A stretch of 64,000 bases of DNA from an uncultured Gemmatimonadales bacterium. GTDB taxonomy: Bacteria > Gemmatimonadota > Gemmatimonadetes > Gemmatimonadales > Gemmatimonadaceae. Within the stretch, counting starts at the first letter, position 1; the number at the start of each line of letters is the position of its first letter. Position numbers and translations under genes: made by a program. Below are positions 58,872 to 64,000 of the stretch, one piece after another. The notes under the pieces are model-generated. The model saw only the letters and a program-made list of their open reading frames with translations. It was not told where the DNA came from and searched no databases. The DNA is taken from assembly GCA_963850905.1 (NCBI GenBank), contig CAWKMU010000003.1:1280001-1344000 (forward strand), given 5' to 3'.

Positions 58872-61015
58872 TGCCCGCACTTTCGTTCGAGGTGCGCGAT
58901 CAGGTCGCGTTCGTGACGTTCGATCTTCCCGATATGAGCGTGAACACATTCACGCGCGCCGTTCGGGACGAATTCGAGGCCCTGCTGGAGCGGCTCGAGC
59001 GTGACACGAGTGTGCGCGCGGCCGTGTTGCTCAGCGGTAAACCCGAGGTGTGGATTGCGGGCGCCGACGTCGAGGAACTGGCCGCCCTGCCGACGGCAGC
59101 CGACGCCCAGCGTCTCAGCCAAACGGGGCACGCGTTGATGGATCGCGTCGAGCGATTGCGCACGCCGGTGGTGGCGGCGATCAACGGTGCGTGCCTCGGC
59201 GGTGGCCTGGAGCTCGCCTTGGCATGTGCCTACCGTATTGCCACCGAGAGTGCATCGACCGTGCTTGCGTTCCCGGAGGTCCAACTCGGCTTGATCCCCG
59301 GCGCCGGTGGCACGCAGCGACTCCCGCGCCTCATCGGGTTGCGTGCCGCGCTCGACATGATCCTGACCGGCAAGAACGTTCGGGCGCGGCGCGCGTTGCA
59401 GACCGGAGTCGTCGACGAAGTTGTGCATCCGGCGATTCTCCGAGACATTGCGGCGAGTCGCGCGCGCGAGCTCGCAGAGGTCGGCGGCCGACGCAAGATG
59501 CCCCAGCGTGGGCGGGGCCGGTCCCGAGGTGCGGCGCAGCGGTTCCTGCTGGACGAGAATCCCCTGGGCCGAGCGGTCGTACTGCGACAGGCCCGCGAAC
59601 AGACCCTCGCGCGCACGCATGGCCATTATCCGGCACCGCTTGCGGCCCTCGAGGCAGTGCAAGCTGGCTACTCTAGCACCCGCACGCACGGGTTCGAGAC
59701 CGAAGCTCGCCTCTTCGGGCAGGTCGCCGCGACCGATGTCGCCAAGCAGCTGATCTTCCTCTTTTTCGCGTCGAATGCGCTCAAGAAGGATGCGAGCGCG
59801 CTGCCGCGGCCGACGCCGGTCGGCAAGATCGCAGTCCTCGGCACCGGCTTCATGGGCGCGGGCATCGCGGCCGTTTCGGCCCAGCGGGGTGTCGTGGTGC
59901 GGTTCAAGGACGTCGACAATGGGCGGGTCTTGAAAGGGCTGGCGTCGGTCCGCGACGTCCTGCGCGAGCGGCTGGTCAAGCGACAGATCACACGACAGGA
60001 GTTCGACGACCAGATGTCGCTCGTATCCGGGACGAGCACGTACACGGGATTCGGGAACGTGCCCCTGGTCATCGAGGCCGTGTTCGAGGACCTGGCAGTC
60101 AAGCAGGCCGTGATGCGTGAGGTGGAAGCGGCACTGCCACCTCGCGCCATCGTCGCCTCAAACACGAGCACGATTCCGATCGCCCGCATCGCCGAAGCAT
60201 CGCGGGATGCCACGCACGTCCTGGGGATGCACTTTTTCTCGCCCGTGCCCAAAATGCCGTTGCTCGAGGTGATCGTCACCGATCGGACGGACGCGCAGGT
60301 GACGTCGACGGCCGTGGCGTTTGGCATGCGTCTCGGCAAGACCGTGATCATCGTGCGGGATAGCCCCGGCTTCTACGCCAACCGCATCCTGGCGCCGTAC
60401 CTGAACGAAGCCGGCAAGATGCTGGATGAGGGGGCGCCGATCGACGCGATCGACCGCGCGCTCGTTGCGTTTGGCTTCCCCGTGGGGCCGATCACCCTGA
60501 TCGACGAAGTGGGGATCGACATCGCCGGCAAGTCGGGGGCGATCCTGTCTGACGCCTACGGTCCGCGCATGGCGCCGTCGCTGTCGCTCCAGCGCGTGGT
60601 CGCGGCTGGCCGGACCGGGCGAAAGGGCCGGAGGGGATTTTATCTCTACTCGGATGCCGGGAAGAAACAGGGGGTCGATCCAAGCGTCTACACGTTGCTG
60701 CCAACGGGTGTGCAGCGAAGCACCATCAGCGACGAGGAGATTCAACGGCGCGCCGTGCTGGCGATGGTGAACGAGGCGGCGCGATGCCTGGAGGAGGGTG
60801 TCCTGCGGGCGCCGCGCGACGGTGACGTCGGGGCGGTGTTCGGGATCGGATTCCCCCCGTTTCGCGGCGGGCCGTTCCGATATGCTGACACGCTCGGCGC
60901 GGCCGAAGTGGTGCGACAACTCGAGGAGCTCAATGATCGATTCCCGCCGCGATTCCAGCCGGCCGATTCCCTGCTGGACCTCGCGCGCAAGAATGCCCGC
61001 TTTTATCCGGGATGA
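58871..61015 (+). CDS. fadJ: Fatty acid oxidation complex alpha subunit
   Basis: AGAD, GGGLE, PEVQLG hydratase; GTGFMG, SNTST, GMHFFSPV dehydrogenase; GFPPFRGGP. Confidence 0.94.
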   Translation: MPALSFEVRDQVAFVTFDLPDMSVNTFTRAVRDEFEALLERLERDTSVRAAVLLSGKPEVWIAGADVEELAALPTAADAQRLSQTGHALMDRVERLRTPVVAAINGACLGGGLELALACAYRIATESASTVLAFPEVQLGLIPGAGGTQRLPRLIGLRAALDMILTGKNVRARRALQTGVVDEVVHPAILRDIAASRARELAEVGGRRKMPQRGRGRSRGAAQRFLLDENPLGRAVVLRQAREQTLARTHGHYPAPLAALEAVQAGYSSTRTHGFETEARLFGQVAATDVAKQLIFLFFASNALKKDASALPRPTPVGKIAVLGTGFMGAGIAAVSAQRGVVVRFKDVDNGRVLKGLASVRDVLRERLVKRQITRQEFDDQMSLVSGTSTYTGFGNVPLVIEAVFEDLAVKQAVMREVEAALPPRAIVASNTSTIPIARIAEASRDATHVLGMHFFSPVPKMPLLEVIVTDRTDAQVTSTAVAFGMRLGKTVIIVRDSPGFYANRILAPYLNEAGKMLDEGAPIDAIDRALVAFGFPVGPITLIDEVGIDIAGKSGAILSDAYGPRMAPSLSLQRVVAAGRTGRKGRRGFYLYSDAGKKQGVDPSVYTLLPTGVQRSTISDEEIQRRAVLAMVNEAARCLEEGVLRAPRDGDVGAVFGIGFPPFRGGPFRYADTLGAAEVVRQLEELNDRFPPRFQPADSLLDLARKNARFYPG

Positions 61016-61037
61016 CGTGCGGAACGCCCGCTAAAGC

Positions 61038-61976
61038 ATGCTCCGGCAGACGCTGCTCTACCTCTCGAGTCAACCGCAGGTCGCCCGGTTTGTCCGCCAC
61101 AACCGTCTGGCGAAGCGATTTGCCGACCGCTTTGTCGCCGGCGAGTCCCTGGAGCAGGCGCTCGATGCGGTGGTCGAGCTCAACAGCAAAGGCGTCAGCG
61201 CGTCGCTCGACGTGTTGGGCGAGAGCGTGCACTCGGAAGACGAGGCGCGCGCGGCCGGCCGGGAGTACCTCCACCTGCTCGATCGCATTCACGAGCGGGG
61301 TCTGGACGCGAACGTGTCAGTCAAGCTGACGGCGATGGGGCTGGATGTCTCCGAAGATCTCTGTGTCACGATCGTCCACGAAGTACTCGCGCGGGCGCGG
61401 GACTACCGGACGTTCGTGCGGTTGGACATGGAATCGAGCGCCTATACGGACCGCACGCTACGCCTCTTCTACGATCGGTTCTACCCCGTATATCCAGAGC
61501 ACGTGGGCATCGTCTTGCAAAGCTACCTCTACCGGACGGAAGCCGACGTCAAACGTGCGATCGCGGCGCGAGCGCGCGTGCGCATTTGCAAGGGCGCTTA
61601 CAAGGAATCGTCAACCGTGGCCTTTCCCGCCAAGCGCGACGTCGATGCCAATTATGATCGCTGCATGCGGCAACTCATGCGCGAGGGGAACTACGCCGGC
61701 ATTGCCACGCACGACGAACGGCTGATCCGCGAGGCAAAGCGATTTGCCGCGGCCGAGGGGATCGCGGTCAGTCGATTCGAGTTTCAAATGCTCTACGGCG
61801 TGCGGCGGGACCTGCAGAGCGCGCTTGTCCGTGACGGGTATCGCGTCCGGGTCTATGTTCCTTTCGGCACGCAGTGGTACCCTTATCTGATGCGTCGATT
61901 GGCTGAGCGCCCGGCGAACGTGGTCTTCATTGCGGGCAACGTCGTCCGGGAAGCGATGCGCCCCAACCATGCTTGA
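61038..61976 (+). CDS. Monofunctional proline dehydrogenase
   Basis: RFVAGE, SVKLT, RLDME, KGAYKE, IATHD, FQMLYG, YLMRRLAERPAN. Confidence 0.95.
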   Translation: MLRQTLLYLSSQPQVARFVRHNRLAKRFADRFVAGESLEQALDAVVELNSKGVSASLDVLGESVHSEDEARAAGREYLHLLDRIHERGLDANVSVKLTAMGLDVSEDLCVTIVHEVLARARDYRTFVRLDMESSAYTDRTLRLFYDRFYPVYPEHVGIVLQSYLYRTEADVKRAIAARARVRICKGAYKESSTVAFPAKRDVDANYDRCMRQLMREGNYAGIATHDERLIREAKRFAAAEGIAVSRFEFQMLYGVRRDLQSALVRDGYRVRVYVPFGTQWYPYLMRRLAERPANVVFIAGNVVREAMRPNHA

Positions 61977-62041
61977 CCAGACCAGGACCATTTGATGCAA
62001 TCAGCGCGCACGTGTCTCGGGCGCGGTGGCCGGCGGGCCAG

Positions 62042-62389
62042 GTGAACGGGCAGCACATCCCGCCTGATTATACGCGCGGCGACGAGACCACCGTCGGCGG
62101 GTACGCGGCCGTGCATGGACGCCCGGCCGCGCTCGCGGGGCCGGATGGCGCCTCGTACAGCGTGGAGGTGCTCGTGGACGAAACGGGTCAACCGGGCGCG
62201 CCCTGGGGCGCGTATCTCTTCTTCGTCCGCTGGAGCAGTGGCCGACCCGCTCTCGCGGGTCACGTCGAATCGGACTTCCTGGTCCACGCGCGAACGGTGG
62301 ACGAGGCTCGCACGCAGCTCGGAGCGTGGTCACTCGCGGAGGTGAAGCGCGTGTTGGATCGCCTCGGCCGAGTCGAAGGCGCCGTCTGA
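62042..62389 (+). CDS. Hypothetical protein
   Basis: GGYAAVHGRP…GAYLFFVRW…GHVESDFL; sits between co-directional genes. Confidence 0.7.
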   Translation: MNGQHIPPDYTRGDETTVGGYAAVHGRPAALAGPDGASYSVEVLVDETGQPGAPWGAYLFFVRWSSGRPALAGHVESDFLVHARTVDEARTQLGAWSLAEVKRVLDRLGRVEGAV

Positions 62390-62433
62390 CACCGAGCCGT
62401 TCCACCACGCCGCGTGACCGCGGAGCCGGCGCG

Positions 62434-63345
62434 TTGCCGCTGCCAGTCGACGCCGTTCGAGGGGTCGTGCTACGGGGCACGGGCGGTGTATGGGTCGTGC
62501 GTGCGGACGGAGGCGAGGTGTACAATGCCGTCCTGCGAGGGCGTCTCAAGCAGGAGAATGTGCTGAAGCTCGCGGTGGGGGACGACGTGGTCGTCGCCCT
62601 CGATGCGCGCAGTGGCCAGCCAACGATCGAGGAGATTCTGCCGAGGCGCTCGGCGCTCGCGCGACGCGCGCCAGGCGGACGGCATGGCGAGCGCATTATC
62701 GCGGCCAACCTCGACCAGGTCTTGGTCGTATTCGCCGCGGCCAGCCCGGAACCACACCGCCGGATGATCGACCGGTTTCTGGTGATCGCGGAGGCGAGTG
62801 AGCTGGCCGCGCGCATCGTGGTGAACAAGGTCGACCTCGTCGACCCCGCCCTGGTCCGCGAGGGCATCGCGGACTACGAGCGCGCCGGATATCCCGTGCA
62901 TTTCACGAGCGTGCGGACGGGGACCGGCTTGGAGCCGCTCCACGCATCACTCGCCGGTCGGACCAGCGTGGTGACCGGGCCGTCGGGGGTTGGCAAGTCC
63001 TCCCTGCTCAACGCACTTTATCCGGGACTCAAGCTCCGCGTCGGCGCGATCAGCGCGTCCGTGAACAAGGGACGGCACACCACCGTCGGCGCGTTCGCGC
63101 ACCCGTTGCCTGACGGCGGCTACGTGGTGGACACCCCCGGGCTGCGGGAAGTCGGCTTGTGGGGATTCTCGTCCGCCACGCTCGATCGCTGCTTCCCCGA
63201 GTTCCGGCCGTTCATCGGCCACTGTCGCTTCGGCGATTGCACGCACGTCGTCGAGCCTGGATGCGCCGTGCGCGAGGCAGTCACGCAGGGCGCGGTGAGC
63301 GCTGAGCGGTGGGACAGCTATGTGACGTTGAGGGAGGAGGGGTAG
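62434..63345 (+). CDS. rsgA: Ribosome small subunit-dependent GTPase A
   Basis: NKVD, GPSGVGKSS, GRHTT, DTPG, CRFGDCTH..EPGC; start uncertain. Confidence 0.95.
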   Translation: MPLPVDAVRGVVLRGTGGVWVVRADGGEVYNAVLRGRLKQENVLKLAVGDDVVVALDARSGQPTIEEILPRRSALARRAPGGRHGERIIAANLDQVLVVFAAASPEPHRRMIDRFLVIAEASELAARIVVNKVDLVDPALVREGIADYERAGYPVHFTSVRTGTGLEPLHASLAGRTSVVTGPSGVGKSSLLNALYPGLKLRVGAISASVNKGRHTTVGAFAHPLPDGGYVVDTPGLREVGLWGFSSATLDRCFPEFRPFIGHCRFGDCTHVVEPGCAVREAVTQGAVSAERWDSYVTLREEG

Positions 63346-63356
63346 GCGGCGACGGC

Positions 63357-63380
63357 GGGCGACGCATGCGTCGTCCCTAC
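63357..63380 (-). repeat. Second GTAG-type REP hairpin
   Basis: Minus strand GTAG-GGACGACGC-AT-GCGTCGCCC between convergent rsgA and pdxH. Confidence 0.65.
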
Positions 63381-63420
63381 CGCTGGTTTCACCTATCGTG
63401 GTAGTTCCCGAAACCCGTCC

Positions 63421-63999
63421 TTAAGGCGACAACCGCTCTATCGTCCACACGCCGGAATCGGACCGCACGTACCGCAACCGATCGTGCAGCCGATTTGGGC
63501 GTCCTTGCCAGAACTCGACGGCAGTCGGTGACACGCGGAAGCCGCCCCAGTATGAGGGAAGGGGAGGCGGGTTCGTGTCACCGTACGTACGCGCGAGCTC
63601 GGCGACACGCGATTCGAGCGGGGCACGATCCGGGATCGCGCTCGACTGCCGCGATGCGGTCGCGCTCAGCCGGCTCAACAGCGGGCGGCTGCCAAAATAT
63701 GCCGCCGATTCCCTGGTCGAGGTGCGGGTGACGGTGCCGGTGATGCGCACTTGCCGCTCGAGCGGCGACCAGTAAAAGACGAGAGCCGCGCGCGGGTTGT
63801 GCGACAGCTCGACGCCCTTCTGGCTCCGATAGTCCGTGTAGAACACGAACCCCCGCGCGTCCACACCCTTGAGCAGCACGACACGCGCCGACGGCGCCCC
63901 ATCGGGTCCGGCTGTGGCGAGCGTCATGGCATTGACGTCTGGCACGGCTGCCGCCTGCGCCTCAGCAAACCACCGCTCGAACTGTGGGATCGGATCGGG
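63421..63999 (-). CDS. pdxH: Pyridoxamine 5'-phosphate oxidase (5' end outside the window)
   Basis: [39 protein letters not shown]. Confidence 0.96.
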   Translation of the reverse strand, partial: PDPIPQFERWFAEAQAAAVPDVNAMTLATAGPDGAPSARVVLLKGVDARGFVFYTDYRSQKGVELSHNPRAALVFYWSPLERQVRITGTVTRTSTRESAAYFGSRPLLSRLSATASRQSSAIPDRAPLESRVAELARTYGDTNPPPLPSYWGGFRVSPTAVEFWQGRPNRLHDRLRYVRSDSGVWTIERLSP

Positions 64000-64000
64000 A

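Overview
GC-rich bacterial chromosomal window, densely coding and mostly core or metabolic genes. Gene content (fadIJ, long-type ispH, plug-only carboxypeptidase-like proteins, small conserved hypotheticals) suggests Gemmatimonadota, which is inference only. I found no rRNA, tRNA, CRISPR array, prophage or transposase. Main blocks: an amine/acyl-CoA catabolic cluster (APC permease, CoA-transferase A/B, class III aminotransferase, Rieske oxygenase), rnhA, otsA plus GH15, a PhaF-like protein, two ECF sigma/anti-sigma pairs, sucB-lpdA, gyrA, two diguanylate cyclases, ispH, rnd, LOG plus a deoxyhypusine-synthase-like gene, greA, glpD, fadIJ, rsgA and pdxH. Three observations stand out. (1) A 520-aa HNH-type intein sits in gyrA at NWG|S, not at the classical mycobacterial RY|T site. 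It resembles the cyanobacterial GyrB intein family, ends Ser-Asn and carries W-x-D-P-x-x-R repeats. (2) A modular family of intergenic palindromes has a shared GAGGGCCAG...CTGGCCCTC core, interchangeable 7-nt tandem-repeat arms and ends that often coincide with flanking stop codons; GTAG-type REP hairpins with compensatory changes occur alongside. (3) At least four +1 frameshifts interrupt otherwise intact genes and are most likely assembly errors. Start codons were chosen by eye and several are uncertain.
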